Source: Octopus sinensis (taxonomy: Eukaryota). Taken from it: a stretch of 64,000 nucleotides of DNA. Below the pieces are notes generated by a model. It did no database searches. It saw only the letters and a program-made list of their open reading frames with translations, and was not told the origin of the DNA. The first letter of the stretch is position 1. Each line of letters begins with the position of its first letter. Positions 39,210 to 53,445 of this stretch are shown here, piece after piece. The position numbers and the translations under genes were made by a program. The stretch spans positions 40,052,001 through 40,116,000 of the forward strand of contig NC_043015.1 in NCBI RefSeq assembly GCF_006345805.1, given 5' to 3'.

Positions 39210-39400
39210 GAGTCCACACCGTGTTGGTTAGTTTGGTTGAATAATTCCAGTCTTATCAATCTAAGACGGGACAACTTCCTTCTTCCCGATGTCAACAAGA
39301 ATCGTCGGCGAAAGAGAAGAAACCGACAACAACCATGCTGTGTGGTTCGTGCAGAGTCAGGCACACGATTCTCAGGCGCACTTTCTTATTCCTTAATTGG
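39210..39400 (-). promoter_or_regulatory. Probable AARS2 non-coding first exon / promoter
   Basis: CpG-richer unique segment ending in a GTAAGA donor (39209-39204); coding exon 1 is preceded by an acceptor. Upstream boundary is a guess. Confidence 0.5.
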
Positions 39401-39424
39401 TTTTTATGTACACACACACACACA

Positions 39425-39459
<35 letters not shown>

Positions 39460-39542
39460 ATTTAGAATATATTTTGACCGGTTACAAGTGTGTACGTATT
39501 ATCGGTACACACACACACATATGTATATATATACGTAGATAC

Positions 39543-39579
<37 letters not shown>

Positions 39580-39662
39580 TATACACACACATATATATAT
39601 ATACACACACACATATATATATATACACACACATATATATATATATATATATACATATATAT

Positions 39663-39715
<53 letters not shown>

Positions 39716-40084
39716 CACACACACACACACCACACACACACACATATATATATACACACATATACATAGATACATACACACATATCACACACACATACCT
39801 ACATGCACGCGCGCGCTCGCATACCAATAATACGAGATGTACTCTAGAAGTTTTGAAACTTTTTAAGAGAGTCACTTATAAATGCCGCAGACCAGAGTAA
39901 TTTTGGTAAAGCATTACCATACAACTAATAAGCTGACCTGCCACCTTTTTTTTTTTAAATTCCAGACTGAAGGCGACAGATATAACAGCACTTTAAGCAC
40001 ACTGTACCAAAGATTAATTGTCACACTTGGCTAGTTTTTCACGATGTAGTCGGGATGTTTGGAAGTTCGCTTTGCAATAAACTT

Positions 40085-40260
40085 TTTATTTTTAAAATGG
40101 TCAAAAGTGCCACACAAAACTTACGAAATGCTCCGGACTGTTTATGGATAAACGTTTACGATCCGAGCATTTGTTTTTCGCTGGCACAAGGGGTTCAGCG
40201 ACGGTGGAGGAAAAGTTTAAAGCTGTGGGAGGGAGACGGACGTTCGGACATCGGAGCTAC
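40085..40260 (+). mobile_element. Degenerate mariner transposase N-terminus
   Basis: Frame reads KTYEMLRTVYG*TFTIRAFVFRWHKGFSDG, like mariner HTH1. Confidence 0.65.
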
Positions 40261-40752
40261 TTTGGGAAATCAAGCTTTAATATATCTCCAGTTAAAACAT
40301 TTGATTGAGTTCTCTCCCTTGTCGCTTTTGCAATTAGTTTTCATTAACTCTAATGACTAATTAGACTAATTAAGTTCCGAATGTATTGTAGTCTGCATGT
40401 AATTGTGCGTGTGTGTGTGTGAATGCGTATGTATGTGTGTATGCATGTGTGTGTATGCATGTGTATGTATGTATATATATATATATATATACATACATAC
40501 ATACATACATACATACATACACATACATACATACGTATGTATGTATGTATGTATGTATGTATGTATGTATGTATACACACACATGCATACACATATACAC
40601 ATGTGTGGTAAGTAGCTTCCTTACCAACCACATGGTTCCGAGTTCAGTCCCACTGCGTGGCATCTTGGACAAGTATGTTCTGCTGTAGCCTCGAGCCGAC
40701 CAAAGCCTTGTAAATGGATTTGGTAGACGGAAACTGACTGAAGCCCGCTGTC

Positions 40753-40799
<47 letters not shown>

Positions 40800-41281
40800 C
40801 TGCTTGTGTGTCTCTGTTTGTCCCCCTAATATCGCTTGACAACCGATGCTGGTGTGTTTACGTCCCTGTAACTTAGCGGTTCGGCAAAAGCAACCGATCG
40901 AATAAGTACTAGTCCTGGGGTCGGTTTGTTCGACTAAAGGCGGTGCTCCAGCATGGCCACAGTCAAAATGACTGAAACAAGTAAAAGAATAAAAAATACA
41001 TACACACACACACTCACACACACACACACACACTCACACACACACACGCACACATATCTATATATATCCTCGTTATCATCATCATCATTATCGTGACCAT
41101 CATGTAACGCCCACTCCCTCTTCCATGCTTGCAAGGACTGAATGGAGTATACCTGAAGCAGGTATGGCCAAATATCCTTATTGTCGTCTAACCACACCTG
41201 AGTGTGAATGTGCACATATACGCATACATACATTCATAAATGCATACATATATTTATATATGAATGTGTGTGTGGGTGTGC

Positions 41282-41317
<36 letters not shown>

Positions 41318-41652
41318 ATGTGCGTGTGTATGTGTGTGTGTATGTGCGTGTATCTGTGTGTGTGTGTATGTGCGTGTATATGTGTGTATGTGTATTTGTG
41401 TGTGTATGTATGTATGTATGTGTGTGCGTGTGTGTGTGTGTATGTATGTATGTGTGTGCGTGTGTGTGTGTGTGTGTATGTGTGTATGAGTGTGTGTGTG
41501 TGTGTATGTGTGTGTGTATGTGTGTGTGTGGTGTGTGTGTGTTTAAGAAGCGTCCTTTCAAACCACGTGACCGGAGGCGTGTCCGTTGTCGTCTGGTCTT
41601 CTTCATTTATGGTCAGACGACGACCAACGCCTTCTGAGTGAAACTCATAGAA

Positions 41653-41995
41653 TATGCTGTGAGTACTACTTGAGAACAGTGGTCCCGGTGCGCGCACTCG
41701 CGTACTCGCGCATCCGCGCCAGCTAGTCGTGACTAGTCGATCCTTACTTTGTGTTTTTGTGTTTTTCTTTCTTTTTTATTCTTTTACTTGTTTCAGTCAT
41801 TTGACTGCGGCCATGCTGGAGCACCGCCTTTGGTCGAGCAAATCGACCCCAGGACTTATTCTTTGTAAGCCCAGTACTTATTCTATCGGTCACTTTTGCC
41901 AAACCGCTAAGTAACGGGGATATAAACACACCAGCATCGGTTGTCAAGCAATGCTAGGGGGACAAGCACAGACACACAAACACACACACACACAC

Positions 41996-42075
<80 letters not shown>

Positions 42076-42385
42076 TACGACGGGCTTCTTTCAGTTTCCG
42101 TCTACCAAATCCACTCACAAGGTTTTGGTCGGCCCGAGGTTATAGCAGAACGCACTTGCTCAAAGTGCGACGCAGTGGGACTGAACCCGGAACCACGTGG
42201 TTGGTAAACAAGCTACTTACCACACAGCCACTCCTTTATTTACTTTGTTTAACAAAAATTATTTATTTTGTGTTTTATTTACTTTGCTAGGGTAGTCGTT
42301 GTAGGATCGACTTGTCACGACTAACTAGCGCGGATGCGCGAGTACGCGAGTGCGCGCATCGGGACCACTGTTCGCTAGTAGTACC
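41653..42385. mobile_element. MITE with GC-rich ~85-bp TIRs and a nested family-B SINE
   Basis: GAACAGTGGTCCCGGTGCGCGCACTCGCGTACTCGCGCATCCGCGC... recurs as its reverse complement at about 42300-42385. Confidence 0.75.
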
Positions 42386-42527
42386 TATGCTGTGTCTGCG
42401 TTTCGTTTTTCTCTTCGTCAGTGAATGAGATTCGTTAAATGCAAACCAAGGCTTCACAACTCACACAAACGGTGACCTTTGCATTCGGTTCACTGGAAAC
42501 GCATGTCCGGGTTTCTAGACATGGGCA

Positions 42528-42943
42528 ATCTTTCGTCTCTAGTAGACCTTTCCGTCGATTTCCGTAAAAAAAATTTTTCTTTTTACATATGGGCTTGCGG
42601 GAACTTTTGAAGTAATGAGAGCGAAAGAGACTAAGAGAAAGCGATTGTATGACGAGGGAAGTTCTTTTGTAGTTACCGTGCATGGGAAGCATTGATGTAC
42701 ATGTGTGTGTGTGTGTGTGTTTGATGGGGTGTGGGAGACAGACAGTATGTTGCGTAAGTGAAGTGCTTCTGTTAGTGTGTGAAGAGACAGAGTAATGTGT
42801 GAAAGAAAGAGATAACTGAAATTTTTTACTCGGTGTATGTGTATATGTATGTATATTACTTCAAAAGTTCCCGCAAGCCCATATGTAAAAAAAAAAAAAA
42901 TTTTTACGGAAATCGACGGAAAGGTCTACTAGAGACGAAAGAT
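42528..42943. repeat. ~88-bp inverted repeat pair (foldback/MITE-like)
   Basis: 42528-42616 is the near-perfect reverse complement of 42856-42943. Confidence 0.85.
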
Positions 42944-43203
42944 CGCCATAGACATGTTCTTAACATGTTGCACGATCTTCGTAAGCAAAATGCTCAATCA
43001 AACGGTGTGGTTGTTTTCATGCCCGGTCTGTTCGTTTTTCCTATAGACTGGGAAGATTATTACCTTGATTATAAAACAGCTGACAGATGGCGTCCAAACC
43101 GTAGAAAACTCTACTCCAATGTATTGGACTCACCTGACTCATGCAAACATGGTAAGGAGGACCGTAAAAAAAACCCCAGATAGACGACGATTACGACGGT
43201 AAT

Positions 43204-43204
43204 A

Positions 43205-43253
<49 letters not shown>

Positions 43254-43759
43254 CGATGATGATGATGATGGTGATGATGATGATGATGATGATGATGACG
43301 ATGATGATGATGATGGTGATGATGATGGTGATGATGATGATGACGATGACGATGATGATGATGATGACGATGACGATGATGATGATGATGATGATGACGA
43401 TGATGATGATGATGGTGATGATGATGATGTTGATGATGACGATGATGATGATGATGGTGATGATGATGGTGATGATGATGATGACGATGACGATGATGAT
43501 GATGATGATGAGGATGATGATGATGATGATGACAATGACGATGATGATGAGGATGATGTGATGATGACGATGATGATGATGATGATGATGACGATGGATG
43601 ATGATGATGATGTGATGTGATGATGATGTGATGATGATGGTGATGATGGTGATGATGATGATGATGACGATGATGATGCTGATGATGATGGTGATGATGA
43701 TGATGATGAGATGACGATGATGATGATGATGATGAGTGATGATGGTGATGATGGTGATA

Positions 43760-43793
<34 letters not shown>

Positions 43794-43955
43794 CGATGAT
43801 GATGATGATGATGATGGTGAATGATGATGATGAGATGATGATGGTGATGTGATGACGATGATGATGATGGATGATGATGATGATGATGGTTATGATGATG
43901 ATGATGGGATGATGATGATGATGACGTGATGATGATGGTGAGGATGATGACGATG

Positions 43956-43987
<32 letters not shown>

Positions 43988-44091
43988 GATGATGGTGATG
44001 ATGAGATGATGATGACGATGATGATGATGATGAGATGACGATGATGATGATGATGATGATGGTGATGATGGTGATATGATGATGATGATGA

Positions 44092-44138
<47 letters not shown>

Positions 44139-44188
44139 TGAGGAGGATGATGATGATGATGATGATGATGATGGTGATGATGGTGATA

Positions 44189-44253
<65 letters not shown>

Positions 44254-44350
44254 GATGATGATGATGATGGTGATGATGGTGATGATGATGATGATGATGA
44301 TGATGATGTCGATGATGATGATGATGGTGAGGATGATGGTGATGGTGATG
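43204..44350. repeat. (GAT)n microsatellite, about 1.15 kb
   Basis: Direct reading; another tract at 47860-48340. Confidence 0.95.
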
Positions 44351-45569
44351 AGAGTAACAAAACAACTAAAAACTATTAAATATTCGGTATTTTACCGATA
44401 AAAACACTTTTATTGTTTAGTTTTAGAATATTTTTGAAATAAGACTCTCTTGTGGAAGTCTAATTGGTTTATTGTTCAGACTGAAGAGAAATGGAAGCAT
44501 AGTACCTTTGACCTCCGCAGGTCACCCCCAGGCAATGAGGTCAAATCATTTAGTCATCTTAAACTGCTGTATGTTAATGTGTGGGACGTTATCGTGGTCA
44601 AAGGAGGGAATGTCACCAGGACACCGTCCAGAGCAGAAAGGACGGAGAAACTGTTGTTGTTGAGCGAACGGTCTTCGTCCCAGAGCTCGCAAGATGGAAG
44701 AAGTCCGAAACGTGGTCCTTTGCTATTCGTAAGACCCGCAGAAGAGAAAGCAGGTCAGGTCAACCCCCGACACCGAGAGCATCGACGGATGGATGAATGC
44801 GCATCCAGGCTCAGCGGTTGCGTAGGAAGTCGGGGACAGGAAACAGGAAGAAAGAGTGAGAGAAAGTTGGAGCGAAAGAGTACAACAGGGGTCGCCACCC
44901 CCACTCCCCTGCCGGAGCTTTGTGGAGCTTTAGGTGTTTTCGCTCAATAAACACACACACACAGCGCCCGGTCTAGGAATCGAAACCACGATCCTCCGAC
45001 TGCGAGTCCGCTGCCCTAACCACTGGGCCATTGCGCCTCCACTGCTGTTGCTGCTGCTGTTGTTGTTCTCAGATCAGTCATAGATCCAGCCTTGGCTTTC
45101 AATCTATACATCTCCTTACATTCCTACATTTCTCCACATGTTTCTACATGTTTCCATAACGCAAATGGCATTAATATTGGAACCAATTCCCTCAACAGAC
45201 CATCCCACTTCTTCTTTTTCTAGAAATTCTTTCTCCATTCCTAATCAATAGGAATGGCCAATGTCCACCGATTGAAACCAACAGAAATAATGAATAAACG
45301 CTTCGTGTTTTTAAATAAATGCCATAAAACATGAAATAAAAGGTCTGTTTGGGATTTTGGGGTACTTAAGAATAAATGACAATTAAAATCAACCCGTGTC
45401 ACGGTTATTTTACATGTCTGGTTGACACATAATCAATACCATCGATTCTCGCGGGACCAATGAGCTCCGTGCTGCCATACAAGATAGAATGCGGCTGACC
45501 TTTAACTAAATGAACCACTCAATTAATCAAACGATTAGACATTGGAATAAACAGAGAGATTGCAACCGG

Positions 45570-45817
45570 CATCGTCGTCGTCGTCATCGTCATCACCATC
45601 ATCATCCTCATCATCATCACCATCGTCACCATCGTCGTCGTCATCATCATCATCATCATCATCATCATCGTCGTCGTCATCATCATCGTCGTTGTTGTCG
45701 CGGTACCGTCATCGCCGACATCTTTCTCCTTCTTCTCCTCCTCCTCCTCTTCCCCCTCCTCCTCCTCCTCCTCCTCCTCCTCATCATCATCATCATCATC
45801 ATCAACCATCATCATCG

Positions 45818-45849
<32 letters not shown>

Positions 45850-46001
45850 GTCATCGTCATCATCATCATCATTATCATTATCGTCATCATCGTCGTCGTC
45901 GTTGTCGCGGTATCGTCATCGCCGACATCTTCCCCTCCTCCTCCTCCTCTTCCTCCTCCTCCTCCTCCTCCTCATCATCATCATCATCGTCATCGTCCTC
46001 G

Positions 46002-46035
<34 letters not shown>

Positions 46036-46345
46036 AATCGTCATCATCGTCGTCGTCGTTGTCGCGGTACCGTCATCGCCGACATCTTTCTCCTCTTTCT
46101 CCTCCTCTTCCTCCTCCTCCTCCTCCTCATCATCATCATCATCATCGTCATCGTCATCGTCATCATCATCTTCATAATCGTCATCATCGTCGTCGTCGCC
46201 GCCGTCACCGTCATCGCCGACATCTTTCTCCCCCTCCCCCCTCCTCCTCCTCATCATCATCATCGCCGTCGTCGTCCACATCGCCATCGTCGTCAAAGTC
46301 ATCGTCGTCAACTACTTCCGCCACCACCACCACCATCATCATCAT
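45570..46345. repeat. Compound (CAT)/(CGT)/(CCT) repeat with a recurring anchor motif
   Basis: CGTCATCGCCGACATCTT occurs four times. Confidence 0.9.
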
Positions 46346-46498
46346 TTACTCTTTCATTAAAACCATTTTCGTTCTTCCATTCTTCATTAAAAAATCCATG
46401 AAATCATTCTCAAACAAGTGTGTTCTAAGATTGGAATTGGTGATTCCCATCTTCTTTTCCATCTCCAACTGTATGTATGACTGACTGCCAGTAGTAGT

Positions 46499-46536
<38 letters not shown>

Positions 46537-46547
46537 TTAGTAGCAGC

Positions 46548-46595
<48 letters not shown>

Positions 46596-47608
46596 CAGCC
46601 CCATTTCTCGATGGATCCCATTTGCTGGTTACCTTCAGGTTTGCTATTCCAACAATACACATATATATATTTGTAGGTGGATGGCTGATTCAGACAAAAT
46701 GCCTCGCGGAATTTGATAACATCCCTTTAAATTCTGTGTTCGAATCCCGCCTAGGCCCACTCTCTGCCTTTTCGTCGTAGATTGCTCTATAATCAACCAC
46801 ACACCCTTGAAACTGGTGCTCCAGCCTAGGCGCAGATCAATGACTGAGACATTGAAAGAATAAAAGAATATGTTTGGTATGAACTCAAAACCTGTATTCT
46901 TTGGATTCCTGGCTTCATAATCAGGAAATCCAACCCAAACCTCATCCAAGAATCTTAGAATAGTTTTCTCCATTCGATGGCAGCCATGTTGTACAAAAAT
47001 CAACACCAGACTTTTCCTCGTCGACAGAAATCAAAATATGAGATATTAAGTAAAATAAATATTACTGTGTTTTGGTAGAGTCATTTTTGATAATCACTGA
47101 GCACATGCGCTACTGACGATTTTTATTGCTGCTTGTCGTGGATCCAAATATTTACAGCTTCCATTAGAATGTGATTTTTTCCAGGACTTTTGGACCGAAA
47201 ATGGATGGTTTTTTTCTTCTTTTTTTGACTTTGTTTAAGACTAGAACCATTGGTACCGACGTGGATCGTTGTTTTGTCGTCAACATCAACAAGAAGGGCA
47301 ACAACAATGAGAACCCAGGTTCGATATTTCCCCAAGACACCAGATGAAGGCTGGAGATATACCAGCTGAAACGTTGTGTTAACAACAAACAAGATGAGGA
47401 CAAATATCCGTCAAATGTAAATAATGCAAATAAAGTAAATAATGTAGTCTTCTGTTATGGTTTTGTTAATCAATAATCGATCTTTACAGCATCGTGGGCC
47501 TTTTCAACATCACGCCTATCCTTTTGGAAGCAAATAGTTTTTTTGGAAACAAATAGTTGTGTCGAATATCTGTTTCTTCTTTGCGACATTATTTTAGTGT
47601 CTATTATT

Positions 47609-47643
<35 letters not shown>

Positions 47644-47926
47644 TGTTGTTGTTGTTGTCAATCGCTGTTTAATCATCGGTGATAGTGGAGATTATGTCTC
47701 CGCAGCAGATATCGATCCCGTTTCTATTTGAACGCTTCGAGACCGTCCGAGCAAAACGTTTCGGATCACGAGATCAGCTGCTGAAGCAGAAGAGGAGGAG
47801 GAAGAGGAGGAGGAGGAGGGGGGAGAAGAAAAAGGAGTTGGTGGTAATGACCAAGACGACGATGATGATAGTGATGATGATGATGATGATGATGATGACG
47901 ATGATGATGATGATGATGATGATGAC

Positions 47927-47969
<43 letters not shown>

Positions 47970-48072
47970 GTAATGAAGATGATGATGATGATGATGATGA
48001 TAATGATGATGATAGTGATGATGATGATGATGATGGTAATGAAGATGATGATGATGATAATGATGATGATAG

Positions 48073-48128
<56 letters not shown>

Positions 48129-48227
48129 GTAATGAAGATGATGACGATGATGATGATGATGATGATGATGATAGTGATGATGATGATGATGATGGTAATG
48201 ACGATGATGATGATGATGATATGATAG

Positions 48228-48258
<31 letters not shown>

Positions 48259-48268
48259 ATGATGATAG

Positions 48269-48306
<38 letters not shown>

Positions 48307-48307
48307 G

Positions 48308-48339
<32 letters not shown>

Positions 48340-48503
48340 GTTAGTTTTTATAACTATGTGCTGAGATATAGCGATGTGAAAATACAGATTGAAAAAAATT
48401 GAAGAATTACCTAAGTAAACTCTGCCAAGCCAAGCGTTTAACTGAATTCTACCAGCAAGACTATGCTGGTAAACATTATTCCTCGTCGCATTTCATAGAG
48501 GGA

Positions 48504-49051
48504 CTAGCAGCATAGCCCGGCGTTGCCCGGGTATGTAAGAGCCCCTAGTAGGCAACGACTAATCCCAATCTAGTCCTTTCCCTCTAGGGAACGAAGGCGC
48601 ATGTGTAGGTTGCAATGTCTTCTGTGTATACGATGTTCCTAGCTGTCCCTTTGGGCGAAAACGCGATTTCCAAAAATGGCATGATTTTATCGATTTTTTC
48701 TGATGGTAAGGTATTGCATGGAAAACTAACGTCAGAATTAAGTTTCTTAGGGTAACATTAAGCTTCACCATGAGTTTGGTGAAAATCGATTGCAAGTTGC
48801 GAAAACTACAACAGAAAATGTGTTGCATATAAAAAGCTGAGATTCTCGACCTCATGTCGAATTTATCAATTTTTTTCAAAACTGGGGGAACTTTTCAAAA
48901 TTTTCGCTACGTTAGTTTTGAATTATGACATTGGGCTATGTGTGTGTCAAGTTTCATCAGAATCGGTTGAAAGCCGTGGTCAGGGTGAGGGTACAACCTG
49001 ACAGACACACAGACACACAGACAGACAAACTGCCGTTTATATAGAGAGAGA
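48504..49051 (-). mobile_element. Non-autonomous Helitron
   Basis: A|TC start, CCCGGGCAACGCCGGG hairpin, CTAG|T end. Confidence 0.85.
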
Positions 49052-49305
49052 TTAGTGAAGAGCACGGATGACAACACTCTAACAACACTGCTGGTCGTCC
49101 ACCAGGATGCTGTGTTGTGTTATATTATTAAAAAAGCTGATTGTATAAACCAGTGGTTTCCAAACCTATTTCGCGTGTTTTGCTGTGGAACCTTGACATG
49201 GTTCACTAAAAACGGCGGAATTCATGCTTATATATTACAAACAACCCGTATCAATCAAATTTGAGTAAAACGTTAATTGAAATAGAAATAATTACAGAGA
49301 GTTCA

Positions 49306-49704
49306 TCTTTATATATAAAAGTAAGGTTGTGTGCTGTCTGTCTCCTACGATTTAGATTCCTAACTACTCCCACATTTTGCGGTGCAGTTTAACCAAAACC
49401 GGGTATCTTATAGTCGTGATTCATATCGAGCTCTTCTGGGTATTAGCGCGCGTCTACGATGAGTCTACGATTTTAAAAATAATTTACCATCATTTTTTCT
49501 ATTTTAATGCATTTTTTCGCTATTATATAAGGGAAGTAACTCTCTAAAAATGTCTACGATGAGTTAACGATTTAAAGAAAAATTTACCATAATTTTTTTC
49601 CCATTTTTAATGCATTTTTTTTCTATTTTTTTGCTATAACTCTCTAAAAATGCTTTATAGTTATTTCCCTTACAAACCCGAGCAACGCCGGGCGATACTG
49701 CTAG
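49306..49704 (+). mobile_element. Non-autonomous Helitron, copy 1
   Basis: A|TC...CCCGAGCAACGCCGGG...CTAG|T; closely related to 53683-54071. Confidence 0.88.
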
Positions 49705-52489
49705 TTTATTCATAAAAGAAGATATAATTTATTTAAGATCCTTATGAGCACGTGATACAGCGCGAATGAAAGTGATGACATGCGTATTCACGTTCAACAC
49801 GTTTTGGCAGATTGGTGCGCATCTATGTTGCATTTCGCCTTCAGAGAACAACTTCGCCTTTTTTGTTGCAGTCATTAGACTGCGCTCATACTAAGCACCG
49901 TCTTGAAGAATTTTTTGTCAAATGAACCTGGGAATTATTCTATCGGTCGTTTTTCCCAGGCCACAAAGTTACAGGGAGGTAAACAAACCAACACCAGATG
50001 TCAAGTGGTTGTGGTGGTGGTGGTGGTGGGATAAACATAGACACAGTATCTGTCTCTCAAATTCATTCACAAAGCTTTGGTCGGCTCGAGGCTACTGTAG
50101 AAGACACTTACCCAAGGTGCCACGCAGTGGGATTGAACCCGGAACCATGTGGTTTGGAAGCAAATTTCTTACCACACAGCCACGCTTGTTGGTAATTTTA
50201 ATTTTGAAAATGTTGAATAACTGTTGTTTTAGAAATTAATTTTTATTAAATTTCTTTAAGATTTCCTTTATCTTGCGGAAACCCCAAATTTTCCACAAAA
50301 CCTTGGAAGTCTCCAGGTCCCATTTTGGGAAATACCGGGATAGAATTACATGTGTGGGATTTCTTTCCCACTTCCTGAGTCTGGAGGAAGGGACAGGGCA
50401 ACCGACGGAGAACCAGTTTAATTTTAAAGGATCGAATATCGATGTTGCGTAATTTTATTGGACAGTGATTGCATCGGGGTATTTATTGTGTATGGAGGCT
50501 CAATAGCCCAGTGGTTAGGGCAGCGGACTCGCGGTCATAGGATCGCGGTTTCGATTCCCAGACCGGGCGTTGTGAGTGTTTATTGAGCGAAAACACCTTA
50601 AGCTCCATGAGGCTCCGGCAGGGGGTGGTGGTGATCCCTGCTGTACTCTTTCACCACAACTTTCTCTCACTCTTACTTCCTGTTTCTGTTGTACCTGTAT
50701 TTCAAAGGGCCGGCCTTGTCACTCTCTGTGTCACGCTGAATATACCCGAGAACTACGTTAAGGGTGCACGTGTCTGTGGAGTGCTCAGCCACTTACACGT
50801 TAATTTCACGAGCAGGCTGTTCCGTTGATTCGGATCAACCGGAACCCTCGTCGTCGTAACCGACGGAGTGCTTCCCCATTTGTTGTGTGGATTGTCTAAT
50901 GTTACCTCTTTCTTTATTACCCACAAGGGGCTAAACACAGAGGAGACATACAAGGACAGACAGACGGATTAAGTCGATTACATCGACCCCAGTGCGTAAC
51001 TGGTACTTAATTTATCGACCCCAAAAGGATGAAAGGCAAAGTCGACCTCGGCGGAATTTGAACTCAGAACGTACGGCAGACGAAATACCTCTTTCTTTAT
51101 TACCCACAAGGGGCTAAACATAGTGGGGACAAACAAGGACAGACAATCGGGTTAAGTCGATTATATCGACCCCAGTGCATAACTGGTACTTAATTTATCG
51201 ACCCCAAAAGGATGAAAGGCAAAGTCGACCTCGGCGGAATTTGAACTCAGAACGTAACGGCAGACGAAATACCGCTAGGCGTGCTAACGTTTCTACAAGC
51301 TTGCCGCCTTTTTTGTCTAATGTTACCGGGGTGGCTGTTCTGTAAAACATGTGTTTTGTTATAATGACGGGTGGGCATTCCGTCCGACTCTTTACGCTCT
51401 GAGTTCAAATTCCGCCGAGGTCGACTTTACTTTTCATCGTTTCGGGGTCAATAAGCTACATATTAGTTGAGCAATGACATCGATGCAACCGGCTAACCCT
51501 GATCCTCTAAAATTGCTGGCCCTGTGCCAAAATTTGAAACCATTATTTTTACGCCGGCTGTGTGGGACAGCGAGCTTGCGGAATCGTTAGCGTGTCGGAC
51601 GAAATGCTCAGAGGCATTTCTACCGGCTTTCTAAATTCCGAGTTCAAATTCTGCCGAGGTCAACTTCCACCACCCCTTCATCCTTTCGGCATCGATAAAA
51701 TACATACCAGTCGTGCACTGGGGGTCGACGTAATCGAGTAAACCACCACCCCGCCCCCCTCTAAAATTGCTGGCCTTGAGACAAAACTGGAAACTGTTAT
51801 TCTGCCCAGTTCCACTCCGCCCCTTCCCCCACTCCCAAATACTCCATTCCGTCCGAACCATTCCGGAAGCCTAAAACGGAAGATTTATGGTCATAAGAAC
51901 TTGTCTGAAAATATTGGTTCACTCAACGTTGATGGTTCCATCTCCCCGAGGTGTCGTTGTCAGTGCTTCACGCACACACACGCACACACGCACACACGCA
52001 CGGACGCAACACACTCACACACGCTTACACATGCACGCACACACACATACACACACACATAGATACATACATACATACATACATACAATACATACATACA
52101 ATACATACATACATACATACACACACACATACACACACATACACTTATACACACACGCACACACACGTATACATACATACATACATAACATATAGATGCA
52201 CACACACACACATACATGAAGTGTACCAAACAACACTTCACACACATAGAGAGAGAGGCAGAGAGCAGAGAGAGAGGCAGAGAGAGAGAGAGAGATAGGA
52301 GAGGGTTGCTAAGGAAGGAGAGTTTATACTGGATATTCTTCGATTTTCCAATCTCTATTCACACTTCACTTCCCCAACACATTGTCATAGAAACTAACCA
52401 TCATCATCATCATCAAATCATCATCACTATCATCACCGTTAGCATCATCTCCGCCACCACCACCACCACCACAACCACCACTTTCATTT

Positions 52490-53047
52490 TCTTCTCCCTT
52501 CACTACCTCCTTTTCCTCCCCTTCTCCTTCCTCCTCTCCTTCTCTATCCCTTTCTTCCTCCCCTTCTCCCAAATTTTCTTCTTCTTCTTCTTCTTCTTTC
52601 TTCTTCTTCTTCTCCTTCCTCTTCACCTTCTTCTTCTTCTTCTGATTCTTCTTCTTCCACCACTTCTTCCTAATCTTCCTCCTCTTTCTTTTCCTGCTCC
52701 TCTTCTCTTCCTCCTCTTTCTCCTCCTCCCCTTCTCTCCTCTTCCACCTCTTCTTCCTCCTCTTCCTCCTCTTCCTCCTCTCCTTCTTCCACCTCTTTTT
52801 CCTCCTTCCGCTTCCTCTTTCTCTTCCTTCTCCTCTTCTTCTTCTTCTTCTTCTTCTTCTTCTCCTCTCCCTCTTCCACCTCTTTTTCCTCCTTCTTTTC
52901 CTTCTCCTCTTCTTCTTCCTTCTCTTCCTCCTCTCCCTCTTCCACCTCTTCTTCCTCCTTCTGCTTCCTCCTCTCTTCTTCCTTCCTCTTCTTCTTCTTC
53001 CTTCTCCTCTTCTTCTTCTTCCTCCTCTTTTTTTCTTATTCTTCTTC
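52490..53047. repeat. (CTT)/(CCT) polypyrimidine tract
   Basis: Direct reading. Confidence 0.9.
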
Positions 53048-53445
53048 ACATTCCCGCAACTCCCCACAGCTAGTTCCTGGCTGTGAGCACCCAAATACTC
53101 CCTTATACTCTCGTGAACTATTTGCCCACATCCAACCAACGCCACCCGTCACACTCATCACTTCCCCCACCCACCCCCGTCATCATCTTTGCAACACACC
53201 ACTTCTCCCACCCACCATCACCACCTCCACAGAGTGTTCCCTCTGGAATCCCATTGTTTACCCTGCAGCAGACGTCCATCGACTTACAATCGTTAAAGAC
53301 TATTGCCAACCCCGTCAAGTACTTTCAGAGGGAAGGTGACGGCTATGGGCTCAGCCCCTGCCGTCTCACTAAACCAGAATAAAATAATAATCAAAGGGGT
53401 CCATAGGTAAAGAATAGATGATAACTCCTGTTTATCCGAAGTCCT

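Noticed and set aside
43139-44401. Long poly-His/Ser/Met/Asp ORFs (also 45510-46484, 47679-48224, 52216-53145, 20152-21413)
   Set aside because: They are translations of trinucleotide microsatellites with no domain or splice support.
50493-50565. tRNA-like sequences at SINE heads
   Set aside because: These are multi-copy SINE 5' domains that continue into SINE bodies, not tRNA genes.
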